Positions 10,008 to 20,844 of a stretch of 43,767 nucleotides of DNA are shown piece by piece. The DNA is from Neoconidiobolus thromboides FSU 785 (taxonomy: Eukaryota; Fungi; Entomophthoromycota), in contig MU626422.1 of NCBI GenBank assembly GCA_025603075.1, forward strand, positions 1 through 43,767, in the 5' to 3' direction. Each line of letters opens with the position of its first letter. Within the stretch, counting starts at the first letter, position 1. The notes below the pieces were generated by a model. It saw nothing but the letters and a program-made list of their open reading frames with translations, was not told the DNA's origin and did not search any database. A program made the position numbers and the translations under genes.

Positions 10008-11810
10008 ATGAAAAATAATGAGAATTCAGGAAGTTATAGAGAATCTTACAGATTTAAAGCTGTCGAAAGGATAGAAAAAATTGAAAGGGAGTTGACGGAT
10101 GTTTTTTCTAGTATAAAGAGCAATTTACTGGCCTATCCAGCTAATGAATTTAGTGGTTTAATAAAGAGTTATCTTAGATGGTCAAAGGAATGTTTGGTTA
10201 CAAAAAAAAGATTGATAGAGTTGAAAAATAAGTCTAACAAATTACACAAAGAAAAATATAAAATTACAGAGGCAAAATTTATAGCTTATTTTGAAAAAGG
10301 GATATCCCATTATACTCAATTGATAAGAAATAGTCAAAAGTTGATGTTCATGAATAGTTGTTTGTGCTGTTGTCCAGAGAGAGAGTTATATGTCACTCCA
10401 AATAAAGTAGATGAGTTAATGCCTTCAGAACTTTTGGTATGTTTTATTAGTATTTATCATCAGCTTTTAGATCCAGATGGATTATGGTTTACAGCTCCAG
10501 TATTGGAACGTATATTTAAAAAAAAAGAACCAAGTTTATTAAAAGCAATGCTTTTACAATCATTATTGAGTTTAGTAGAACTTCCAAAAGAATACAAACA
10601 GCTATTACTTAATAACACTAAAGATATCCAAAGTATGATTATTCAAAGTTATAGTAATCCAAGCTTAGAAAATGTAGTTGCAATCACTTTAATTGCTGGA
10701 GAATATTTATATACTAAAAACTATTCTTTAGCTAACATATATTTAGGACAAGCAGTAAGGATGGCTGGAATGTTACAAATAATACCAAAAGAAACAGAAA
10801 AAGAGAAAAATATTTTTTTAATTACAAACAACCGTAATCAGGATTCATTAAAAGAAAAGCTATGGGAATTTATAATTATCCTCCATGTTGGTTTATCTTA
10901 TTTACCAGGATCTTTTTTAACCTTAAAATATACTAATATAATCCCCTTAATTCATATCAGAAATAAGTTGATTAGTATACCCACAATGCCTAGATTAAAG
11001 ATCAATAAAACAAAAAAGATAGATTTAAAAGCAGTATTAAAAAGTGTTAATATAAAAAATAGTGTTATAGCCCCCAGTATTAACAATAACCAACCTCGCA
11101 AGTCATTATATTGTTCAAGAGCGCTAGCATGCTACTGTCATGTTTTACAATATTATTATAACAAAAAAGATATGCTAAAGAGAAATCCAAACATAGATCC
11201 AATCAACAGGTTCTATTTTGATTTAAATAGTATGTTAAAGATGATTGATGAATTAGATCAAGAGATAAATGATGTACCAACAAATTACAAAAGCTATCAC
11301 CTTTTATCCTTAAAGGAACTTAATGATATAAAATCATACGGTGTACTACAATTAGATAACACTTCATCATTAGGTTCTTCTGGATATTTGATGTTTTTGA
11401 ATAGTAAACTTTATGTTGTTGACCCTATTTCATATATAAGTCCATATCCTCACCCACTATTATACACCTGGCTATGGAAGATTGGATTAGAAACAGCCGA
11501 CAAGTTATGGGATCTATTTTCAAGCTTGTTTAATCGTAATAATGTTAAAAACGAATGTCCATGGATACTATTTAACTCATGTATGAATTTACTTCCAACT
11601 ATCTATTTTTATATTAACGCTTTATCACAGTTATATTTTTCAGAGTCTCAGAATGAATTAATTTATAACAAAGTTCAACAATTAGTTTATTGGATTAAGA
11701 GGGATAGAGACAGAACTCATTATTTTGAAGATAGTGGGTTTGCAATCGAGGTTATAGAAAAAGACTTGCAAAAGTTCCATTTCTTAGAAAAGTATTCTAT
11801 AACAGTATAA
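10008..11810 (+). CDS. Paralog A: fungal TF middle-homology-region-like protein without Zn2Cys6 domain, 600 aa
   Basis: Intronless ORF. AxxYLGQAVRMAxxL and SYSNPSLENVVAITLI resemble PF04082/MHR motifs. Family motifs are shared with five other ORFs in the window. Confidence 0.85.
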   Translation: MKNNENSGSYRESYRFKAVERIEKIERELTDVFSSIKSNLLAYPANEFSGLIKSYLRWSKECLVTKKRLIELKNKSNKLHKEKYKITEAKFIAYFEKGISHYTQLIRNSQKLMFMNSCLCCCPERELYVTPNKVDELMPSELLVCFISIYHQLLDPDGLWFTAPVLERIFKKKEPSLLKAMLLQSLLSLVELPKEYKQLLLNNTKDIQSMIIQSYSNPSLENVVAITLIAGEYLYTKNYSLANIYLGQAVRMAGMLQIIPKETEKEKNIFLITNNRNQDSLKEKLWEFIIILHVGLSYLPGSFLTLKYTNIIPLIHIRNKLISIPTMPRLKINKTKKIDLKAVLKSVNIKNSVIAPSINNNQPRKSLYCSRALACYCHVLQYYYNKKDMLKRNPNIDPINRFYFDLNSMLKMIDELDQEINDVPTNYKSYHLLSLKELNDIKSYGVLQLDNTSSLGSSGYLMFLNSKLYVVDPISYISPYPHPLLYTWLWKIGLETADKLWDLFSSLFNRNNVKNECPWILFNSCMNLLPTIYFYINALSQLYFSESQNELIYNKVQQLVYWIKRDRDRTHYFEDSGFAIEVIEKDLQKFHFLEKYSITV

Positions 11811-12151
11811 TATAATTGATATTAATTGTAATTATTTACCTTTCCCTTTTTAAGAGTATGATCTTATTTATTATTTTTAATACTATTATGGGATGTATTT
11901 ATTTGATAAACTTTGATAAAGAGAAGCCTTGTAAGTGTAAAATTAAAAGAGTTCAAGGGGGAGAGTTGTATAATTATGATAATGGTATTCCACATAAGAG
12001 GTAAATAGGGGAATTGATTGACTAATGGAAGATACTCTATTCTAAAAATATCTAGTTTAAATATATGGATACTATGTTTAGCTTTATATAGCTCGATTCA
12101 GCTATATTAATGAAAAGGGGGTGGTATTTATTAGATAATGACAATAGTAAA

Positions 12152-13903
12152 TTAAAGACTCAAAGGGTACTTATCAGGAAGTTTAAACTGATTTAAATAC
12201 GCCCTAATTCTACTTAAAGTAAAATTAGCATCTAAAAATCCAACATCTGATTTTTCTGATAGTTTAAGAAACTCAATAAACTTTACTAAATAATTATAAA
12301 TTACTATTCTATCCTTTTTATTAAATAAATCATTAATTAATATATTTAATGAAAAATAAATAATTGTTAAAAAATGACTGGAGTTATTAATAATGGGATA
12401 ATGAATTTGGTCATTTTTTATATTTAATTTGATACATGAATTAAGATATTTCCATATATTAATAGTACCTTCGTATAATTTATAACTATGTTTCTTATTA
12501 GATAGCTGATAAGGTTGTTCTAATAATCCAATAAGTGGATTTAATATTGTTAGTTTACTTATCAAAATAACATAATAAGCATAACTACTAAATGAACTAT
12601 CACTAAATTTTAATTTACCATGATATCTTATTTCATAAGCTTGTTCTTGATTAATTAATTGATATTGTTTATATTCTTTTGGTGTATTTTGTAATTTCAT
12701 ATCTATCTGATTAATTAAATTAACTTTATGTTTAGTTAATTTAAATATTGTGTTTGAGTTTTGTATTTCATTTTTTTCATTTCTTATTAATTTAGTTCTA
12801 TAATAGTTGATATAATCGCATGCTTGTAATTCACACCATGTAGCAAACGCATAATAATTAGCTTGTTCGTCATCATTATATGTTGGATTTGTATAGATTG
12901 GATTATTATTATTGTTTAGAAAATCATGAATATTATCTATAATAATTACATTCTGTTTCAATTCTCTTGGCTTAGTAGGTATACATAATACAGTTCTATT
13001 GATGTGCTTTAATCGATAGTTTAATTTATAATCACTTTCAAATTCATTTTTAATTTCTAAAAAGACAGCTAATAATTCTATTATCTCAAATATTCTTTGT
13101 TTCCATAGTTGATTACTTTTACTTAACTTCTCTAAATTTTGTTCTTCTACTTGTTTTTTCATTTCTATTAAATGGAGTATATACAGTCTCGCTGTTGCCC
13201 TTTGTTGTTCAAAAAAATATTCAAAGCTTAATAAAGTTAGTCCAGTTAAATTTTCTAAACTTGGAGTATCCATGCTTTGTCTCAGAATTTGATTAAATCC
13301 ATTCCCTTCCCTTTTTAAAACTTCAATAAACTGCTGATCATTAAATTTAATAATTTTATTAAATGTTTGAAATAGCATTAGCTTTAATAAAGATTTGTTA
13401 CTATTTTTTAATACTCTCAATAAATCTTCTTTCGTCAACCAAAAACTATAAGGGTCCATTAACGTTGTATAAATCTTAATAAGACTTTCTAATAATTCAC
13501 TTGGAAGCATATTATTAATTAAAATAGGAGATGCTTTTAATTCATTCATTATATTTCCTTCATAATAAAATAAACCATAAGGTAATTGATTTTCATTAGT
13601 TAATTGATTAAAGTTAAATATACCATACTCTATTTCTAGACAAAATTCATATTGTTTTTGTTTTATAAGTGAAGAACCTTCTTTCCTTCGTCTCATTTTG
13701 AACATAAATTCCATGACTTCCTTTTGCTTCTTGATTATATAATTCATCCATTTTATATAGTTATTTATTAACTTTACTTTGTTCGGCTCATTATATGAAT
13801 TAATAGTTGCATTATAAAGGATTGTTTGTAGCTCAAAATACAATAAACGGATCCTTTCTGAAGCTTCTGTTTTATATGACCTTTTTTCGAGGGCAAATTC
13901 CAT
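12152..13903 (-). CDS. Paralog B of the same family, 583 aa
   Basis: SYKTEASERI, PSELLESLIKIY, SLLKLMLFQT, PSLENL and TPKEYK motifs. First ATG is 13903 (the track start is TTG 13921). Confidence 0.85.
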   Translation of the reverse strand: MEFALEKRSYKTEASERIRLLYFELQTILYNATINSYNEPNKVKLINNYIKWMNYIIKKQKEVMEFMFKMRRRKEGSSLIKQKQYEFCLEIEYGIFNFNQLTNENQLPYGLFYYEGNIMNELKASPILINNMLPSELLESLIKIYTTLMDPYSFWLTKEDLLRVLKNSNKSLLKLMLFQTFNKIIKFNDQQFIEVLKREGNGFNQILRQSMDTPSLENLTGLTLLSFEYFFEQQRATARLYILHLIEMKKQVEEQNLEKLSKSNQLWKQRIFEIIELLAVFLEIKNEFESDYKLNYRLKHINRTVLCIPTKPRELKQNVIIIDNIHDFLNNNNNPIYTNPTYNDDEQANYYAFATWCELQACDYINYYRTKLIRNEKNEIQNSNTIFKLTKHKVNLINQIDMKLQNTPKEYKQYQLINQEQAYEIRYHGKLKFSDSSFSSYAYYVILISKLTILNPLIGLLEQPYQLSNKKHSYKLYEGTINIWKYLNSCIKLNIKNDQIHYPIINNSSHFLTIIYFSLNILINDLFNKKDRIVIYNYLVKFIEFLKLSEKSDVGFLDANFTLSRIRAYLNQFKLPDKYPLSL

Positions 13904-14356
13904 TTTATTAAAACAAATCAATTGTCTACTAATTTCGATTTTAAATATTATGTGTACAAAAAAGCCAAATCAAATTTTGATTGTTTATCTCATATTAGGT
14001 CATTCATAAAATATCCCTACAGTTTGATGTGGTAAAAAAACTATTAGAAAAATTGCAACAGCAAAAAAATTTACTCAGAAAAATTTTGTTTTTGGAGACA
14101 AAAATTATTTAGTATTGCAACTAATGATCTATCTTTTATGTATACGAAGTTTGGAAGGCTACTACTACTCTTTGTGAAGGGCTTTAATAATTTAAATTTG
14201 TTCCAATTTTAAAATTTATTTATTTCACCAAAATAAATTTAATTTTTTCAACTTTGATGCTAACAACCTAAATAGTTTTCTAGTTTGACATAAAATTTAA
14301 AAAGCAGTCTCATTCCAAAAAACTGTCAACTCACTTTTACAATAAATTTTTAAAAA

Positions 14357-15828
14357 ATGTCCAATTTAATCCGTACTTACTTTAAAGTAATAATCTTATC
14401 TCTTCGCCAATTTTAACATACTGATTTGTTCCCTTGATAGCGTCAATTGCCATCAAGTTTAATACCCTTTTCCTCCACTCAAGGAAAGTTCTTTTTTAAA
14501 AAAGCAATTGAAACTGGGCATGCAGAAATTTATTTCCAATTAGCAAATTATTTTACTACACAATCGGAACCAGCTTGTAAGTTGTTTATTATTATCGCCA
14601 ATATTTTTAGTTTGACTAATATGATTATTGTCCTAGTTTGTGGATTAGGTACGTTATCAATGGTATTAAACTCTCTAGAAGTTGACCCATTGAAAGTTTG
14701 GAAAGGCCCTTGGAGATGGTGAGTTTCAATTATTATCTATCATTTGAACGTAAAAATAACTAAGAAATATCAACTATTAATAGGTATGCTGATGAAATGT
14801 TAGATTGTTGTCGTTCGTTATCTGATATCCGTTTACAAGGTATTACTTTATCCGAATTTGAGTGCCTAGCTAAATGTAATGGATTATCCAGCCGATTATC
14901 TTATAGTAATAAAACAACATTAAATCAATTTGAAAATGATGTTAAACTATCATGTCAATCGGATAATCAAGTGATGGTATTATCTTATTCTAGAAAAACT
15001 TTAGGACAAACAGGTGATGGTCATTTTTCGCCTGTTGGAGGTTATGATCCTGAAGAGAAGATGGTATTAGTATTAGACGTTGCTAGATTTAAATATCCTG
15101 CCTATTGGGTACCTTTGGATTTATTATTTGAATCATTGAAACCAATAGATCCTAGTTCGGGCATCTCAAGAGGTTATACTTTATTATCAAAGAATAGTTT
15201 TACAATAACTTCATTAACTCAATTGGATTTGGATTTAAAAAGTTGGAAACAGTTTTTATTAAAGATAAAAGGAATTAGTAAAAAGGAAGAGCTTTGGCAT
15301 GAATTGATACAATTATATAATGAGTTGAGGGAATTTAAATCGGATAAGAAAGAAATAATTCAACAGAGGATTTTGTTAATGAAAGAAGAGGATGAATTAT
15401 TGCCATTGAAAAAGAACTGTAAAGAAAATAATAATAATAATAATGAATTACAAACAGAATATATAACACAATTTGAATTATTAGTAGCCAGTATTAAAAA
15501 CACAATATTATATAATTGGATACAAAAAAACATCGTCATCCCCTCTTCATTATTACAACAGAATCCCAATTATTTATCCTTATTGACTTTATTTTATTTA
15601 TCTTTACCATATGAAATATTATTTAATAAGGAAGATTTATTATTAATTCAAGACAGAATTAATATTGATAATATTTCATTACAAGAAATTATTGAAATTA
15701 CTTGTAATGATTGTAAATGTAATGATTATAATATTAGATTAGCTAAATCTATATTATCAAATGAAGTAGCAACGTTAAAACAAAAAATGATTAATTTAAA
15801 TAATTGCTTAAATCAAACAACACATTGA
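14357..15828 (+). CDS. PCS1: Phytochelatin synthase, 430 aa; exons 14357-14386, 14441-14576, 14637-14718, 14784-15828
   Basis: Splicing three GT-AG introns (54, 60, 65 nt) gives QSEPAFCGLGTL...WKGPWRWY..MLDCC...GHFSP...LDVARFKY with the Cys-His-Asp triad. Total CDS is 1293 nt, in frame. Confidence 0.95.
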
Positions 15829-15886
15829 GTTAATATTAGACATAATAAAAGTTAAACACAATTTATGAATAATTTATTTGCTTTAA

Positions 15887-17647
15887 TTATATATATATTT
15901 GATTAAATAATTGTTCCACCCCATATAGCTTAATTAATAATTTAAATTGCTGATAAACATAATTTGTATCTTTAAATCCAAACTTCGAATTATAACAACC
16001 ATTTAAGTAAGAATATATAAAATTCAAGTTTGAAATGAACTCACTTTTAATTTCTTTAGAAACGTTTTCTTGTTTAATAATAATAAAATAATATTTAAAT
16101 AATGGTAAAAAATCTCTTAAATTATTCATCAACAAATAGTAAATCTCTTTTTTTTCAAAAGGAGTATTAATTATTGTGGATAATAATTCATATAAATTAC
16201 TTGTTATTTGATAACTTAATTGTAAATATCGTCCTGGAATTGTATCTAATTTACTTTGATTACTACAGTTATTAAATAATAATGGTTGTACTAAATATAA
16301 ACAATTTAAATTCAATATTAAATAAGCATATGTACCAAAAGACGTATTATCACTATTACTGATTATATTATGTTTACCATAAATTAATAAACTATTTGTC
16401 TGTTCTTTTGTTATTAATGTATATATTTTATAATTTGATGGGGTTAATGTTAATTGATTCAATATTAGTTTTATATAATTATCGATTTGTTGAGTGTTAT
16501 AATTACAGTTTAATTTCAATTGTAATACTTCTAAATCAATCCAAGTAGCAAATAAGTAATATTTTTTTTGAAATTCATCTTCATTCGGTTTTTTGTCATT
16601 ATTATCTAAATTTAATATTAAATGTAGTCCCTCTGTTTTAATAATAGTAGCATCTTCTATTTTACATTTTCTAACTTTAGTCGGTAAGCATAATAGTTTG
16701 TTATTAATATGTTGAAATTTAATGAACTCATCTTTCTTATTTACTTCTTTCCATTTTTCCTTATTCTCTACTTGTTTGCCTATAATTAGTAAACAAATAA
16801 AATCAACTAACTCGAATATGTTCTTCTGCCATTCCGCCATCATTTTATCGTGTATTTTATTGTTTTGAATTTTTAATTTCTCTTTCATTTTCATGATTTC
16901 TAACAAATAAATATTTGCACTCTTTATCTCTGCTGAAAAATAAAACTCCCAACATAATAAAGTAATCCCAGTTAAACTCATTAAATCTCCCTTTTCTAAA
17001 GCTTCCACTACTAGGTTATTGAAATGCCATTCAGATATATTAATTAATTTTTCCAATTGATCACAATCAAATTGAATTAACTTATTAAATGTTTGTAACA
17101 ACATCATTTTAACTAATGTATTTTGTTGACATTTTAATATCTTGATTAACATTTCTTTTGTCAACCAAAAACTCTCCGTATCCAGCTTATTGCTATATAA
17201 ATTTATAAAACATTCTATTAATTGACTTGGTTTTAAACCATTAAAAGTATTAACACTTAAATTAAAATCTCTCATCAGATCCATAGGTAATAAAGCAATC
17301 AATGAATGTTCGGAAGGATGTTGAATATCATTATTTACGAATTCCATAAAATTTTTAATACCTAACTCTGTTTCTAATCCAAATAGGCGAACTTCTTTAT
17401 TATAGATTACCAACCCATTACGTCGACGTTGTATCTTTTTTTTTATCTTTATCAAATTAAGATACTTATTTAAAATATAATTAAGCCATCGAAGGTAATT
17501 AGTTATTGTAATAAGATGTGGATTATTCCTGTTACCACTGGTACTATTATTCATACTAATTATTTCCATACTGCTCTTCAATATCCTTTCAATTTCTACT
17601 ATCCTCTTAACTGCAGCATCTTTGTAACTTTGGGGTTTTAACGGCAT
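15887..17647 (-). CDS. Paralog C of the same family, 586 aa
   Basis: SYKDAAVKRI, KPSQLIECFINLY, WLTKEML, HINNKLLCLPT, TPSNYKIY and SFGTYAYL motifs; closest to paralog B. Confidence 0.85.
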   Translation of the reverse strand: MPLKPQSYKDAAVKRIVEIERILKSSMEIISMNNSTSGNRNNPHLITITNYLRWLNYILNKYLNLIKIKKKIQRRRNGLVIYNKEVRLFGLETELGIKNFMEFVNNDIQHPSEHSLIALLPMDLMRDFNLSVNTFNGLKPSQLIECFINLYSNKLDTESFWLTKEMLIKILKCQQNTLVKMMLLQTFNKLIQFDCDQLEKLINISEWHFNNLVVEALEKGDLMSLTGITLLCWEFYFSAEIKSANIYLLEIMKMKEKLKIQNNKIHDKMMAEWQKNIFELVDFICLLIIGKQVENKEKWKEVNKKDEFIKFQHINNKLLCLPTKVRKCKIEDATIIKTEGLHLILNLDNNDKKPNEDEFQKKYYLFATWIDLEVLQLKLNCNYNTQQIDNYIKLILNQLTLTPSNYKIYTLITKEQTNSLLIYGKHNIISNSDNTSFGTYAYLILNLNCLYLVQPLLFNNCSNQSKLDTIPGRYLQLSYQITSNLYELLSTIINTPFEKKEIYYLLMNNLRDFLPLFKYYFIIIKQENVSKEIKSEFISNLNFIYSYLNGCYNSKFGFKDTNYVYQQFKLLIKLYGVEQLFNQIYI

Positions 17648-18828
17648 CTTTAACTAATAATTCTAATTATCAAATTCTTGTTTTATTATATTTTTTATTA
17701 CTTTCTTTCTTATATATTATTATTCATTTTTATGCTTCTATTATTATTTTCATTGCCAATAAAAAAAGACAAGGATACAATTAATTTTTTTAAGAGTTTG
17801 AAATTTTCGGGGAGTTAGAAACTATTCCATATTTAGTAATTAGTTTTATATAGAAATTGATTGCGAACCCTCAAGGAGTTTAGATGTTAGTGATGTTTAA
17901 AAAATTGTTAAAAAAAAGAGAAGAGAATTAAATTTTCTTGATTGTATGGGAAAAAATTGGGAATTGATGAATAGAAGATAAAAAGATAATATAACACTGT
18001 AAATCACTTTGATTTTTTTTAAAGTTATACTGATTAAAGTCGACTTACTTTTAAAGCTCTCCGTTTCCACCTTCTTCCGATTTATTTCCCGCAATTAACA
18101 ATTAACTTCACTTTGGATTTTCCGCATGCTAACAATTCAATTTATCTTTATGTGCCACTAATAGACCTTAGTCTTAACTTCGGTTTAATTTTCCTTGGGA
18201 CTAAAGAATTTAATAGTTTTAATAGTTTAAAATTGTTATATTATTACTACTTTTAAAAACTCAATAAATGATATTACTCTTTATAGTAAGCTAAATTTTA
18301 TCGTATGTTTTATTTAATTTTATTGGGGTGTTTATAAGCGTTGGGGATTAGTTAATTATAATATATAATAAAATTAATACATAAATGTACCAATTATATT
18401 AGTAAAAAGCAACTTTTGAATTTACTTTATATAGTAGTTTAACTAACATCATAACATCCTTGGCATTATTAGGATTTATAAGCATTATGATTAAAGAATA
18501 TATAATTTGTAAAAGTATAACAATATTAACATTTTGGTTTTAGAGTTTTGAGTTTATCTCATAGAAATCTATACAATATTTACTATCTCTGGTATTACTG
18601 GGGTTTGTAAGCTTTCGAAATCAAATAATATATTATATATATAAGTAAAACAATATTGACTTTTTAATTGATAAATTTTTGAGTTTACCATATTTATACA
18701 TTAGTCTAGATTATATCGTATTATTATTTACTACACTAAAAATTAGTTAACTTTGAAAAGTAATCAATGATAAATTCAAAAGTAATTTAACTTTTTAATT
18801 AAAAGAAAATTGGTAAATTTTATAAAAA

Positions 18829-20577
18829 TTATAAAACTGAAAGATGAATAGATCTTAATTCCGTTTTTAATACCTAATAATAAATAACATTAGCGCTCAG
18901 CAACATATAAAACAATAACTAAATATAAACTTACTTCAACAGCTTGTTCAAATTCCAATCGATTTTTGGCTTCTAAAATCCAATCTTCAGCTAATTTCTT
19001 TGGCCATCCCTTTAATTGATTTAATTCTCTAGCTGCTAAATCCAAATCATTTTGATTTAAATAATATTGACATCTTGCAATTACAGCCTCAACATCATTA
19101 CCTTCCACAAGGCCTTGTTTATTAAACAAAAAAGTAGTTAAAATATATGAGCTTAAATGTCCAAAAAACCCTGCGTTTTCTTTAACTAAGGCAGAGGAGG
19201 AAACTTCTTCACTAACTTTTTCAAAACGTTGTTTTAAGGAATTGAAGTTTAATAGACCTCTCATAGCTACTAACTCATCCAAGGAATTGATTACTTCAGC
19301 AACTAAAGGTGTACATTGAGAAATGGATTGAATATATCTTAATTCTTCAATAAATGGAGAATTATTTTTCTCTTTAATGGCAGTTTCTAAAGCATCAATA
19401 GCACAACTCAATTTTTGATAATTGATTTGATTGGAGGCGTTTTGTTTACTATTAATAAATCCATCTTCTAATAACATAACTTGTTGAATGACCTGATCTA
19501 ATTTACTTAATCTTCCATTCCTTTCGGAATCAACTAACAATTTACTTTCTCTACGCCAAAAACGTTCGAGTGTTTTGCCTTGTTCTTGGAGTTTTTCATC
19601 AAGCTGAGCTTTAAACCTATCCATTAATTTTTCTCTTTCACTTTCATAAAGTTGATATTTATCTTTCATTTCCAACTCATATTTTTCTTCCAATTCTTTC
19701 TTTTGTTGAGTTAACATATCTTCAACAATTACATTACTTCTTTCTAAATCTTTATTCAAAGTACTACGATTTTTAATACTTTCATCTAAATAAGGGGTTA
19801 AATTTTTTAATGAATATAATACTTTAGAATAAGCTAAGACGCTTTCTTCGACTGTTACTTTTTTGTCTCCATTAGTTGAAATATAGTTATCAATGGATTC
19901 TACTAACTCTTTCATTACTTGATCCTCATAAGTTAATTTGGTTAATTGACTTGCAAGTTGTTGTAATTGACGTAAACTTTTTTCATCCATAGTAGGTTTA
20001 GAATGCTTAATCTCAGGTAACTTTTCTTTAACTAATACTTTGACTTGAGGTTCTTTATCTTTAGTTACTGGTACGTTACTAATAGCGTGAGTTGGAGTAG
20101 CAACAGTGTCACTATTATTCATTAACCCATTAACACTAGATTTAACTGATTCAACAATTTTATTAACATTTTCACTAACTGTTTTTAAAGGTTGAAAATC
20201 ATCACTTTTTACTTTATCTTCCAATTGTTTCATTAAAGTTAAACTCTCTTGACCATATGGAGCATATTCCAAGTATTGTTTTTGAAACTCTTGATTATGA
20301 TTAGCATAATAAACAGTACCACCATAGCCTGCAGATACTAAAGTGATGAAACCTAATGATTTTAAAAACATAGATCCATTTTTTTTTTCTAAGTTTAAGC
20401 CATGGGTGGCTGATTGGGTTTCGAAACGCTATATAAAGATAATAATTGAAAAAGAAAATGGTTAGTTTGATTAGTTAAGGTAAGTTAAAAGAACAAACTT
20501 ACCTTTTGTACTTTAATTGAGTTAAGATTAAACGATGGGCGGTAACCTTTATTAAGTTTGGTTACTGTTTTATACAT
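18829..20577 (-). CDS. MIC60: MICOS subunit Mic60 (mitofilin), 537 aa; exons 20577-20503, 20428-18935, 18873-18829
   Basis: Basic, acid-free presequence (MYKTVTKLNKGYRPSFNLNSIKVQKRF), one TM segment, a long coiled coil and a mitofilin C-terminus (DLDLAARELNQLKGWPKKLAEDWI). Two GTAAGT...TAG introns join in frame. Confidence 0.93.
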
Positions 20578-20844
20578 CTTTTATGGTATGATATATGTTG
20601 GATGACTTAAAATTTTAAACTTTGAATTGTTTTTAGCTATTAGCATTCTTTAGTAATTGATTATGAAAATGGATTACTTAGGTTATTATGGGAAATTTGA
20701 AATTTAACTAACTACTAATCATTTTATTCCAATAGTAAAAAATTAAAAGCTAAAAAAATAATACATAAGATATAATGACTAATTTTAATAATAAATAATA
20801 ATAAAATGAACGGCTTGACAAACCTCTCAACCAGTTCTTTACTT

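Noticed and set aside
11816-12004. 62-aa hydrophobic ORF between paralogs A and B
   Set aside because: Non-ATG start, low complexity, lies in the convergent 3' UTR region.
14071-14077. TTACTCA Yap/AP-1-like site upstream of PCS
   Set aside because: A single degenerate 7-mer is expected by chance in DNA this AT-rich.
14447-14722. 91-aa ORF
   Set aside because: It is PCS exons 2-3 read through the 60-nt intron, not a separate gene.
20408-20419. CCAATCAG on the minus strand near MIC60
   Set aside because: Lies within coding exon 2 (ETQSA), so it is not a promoter box.
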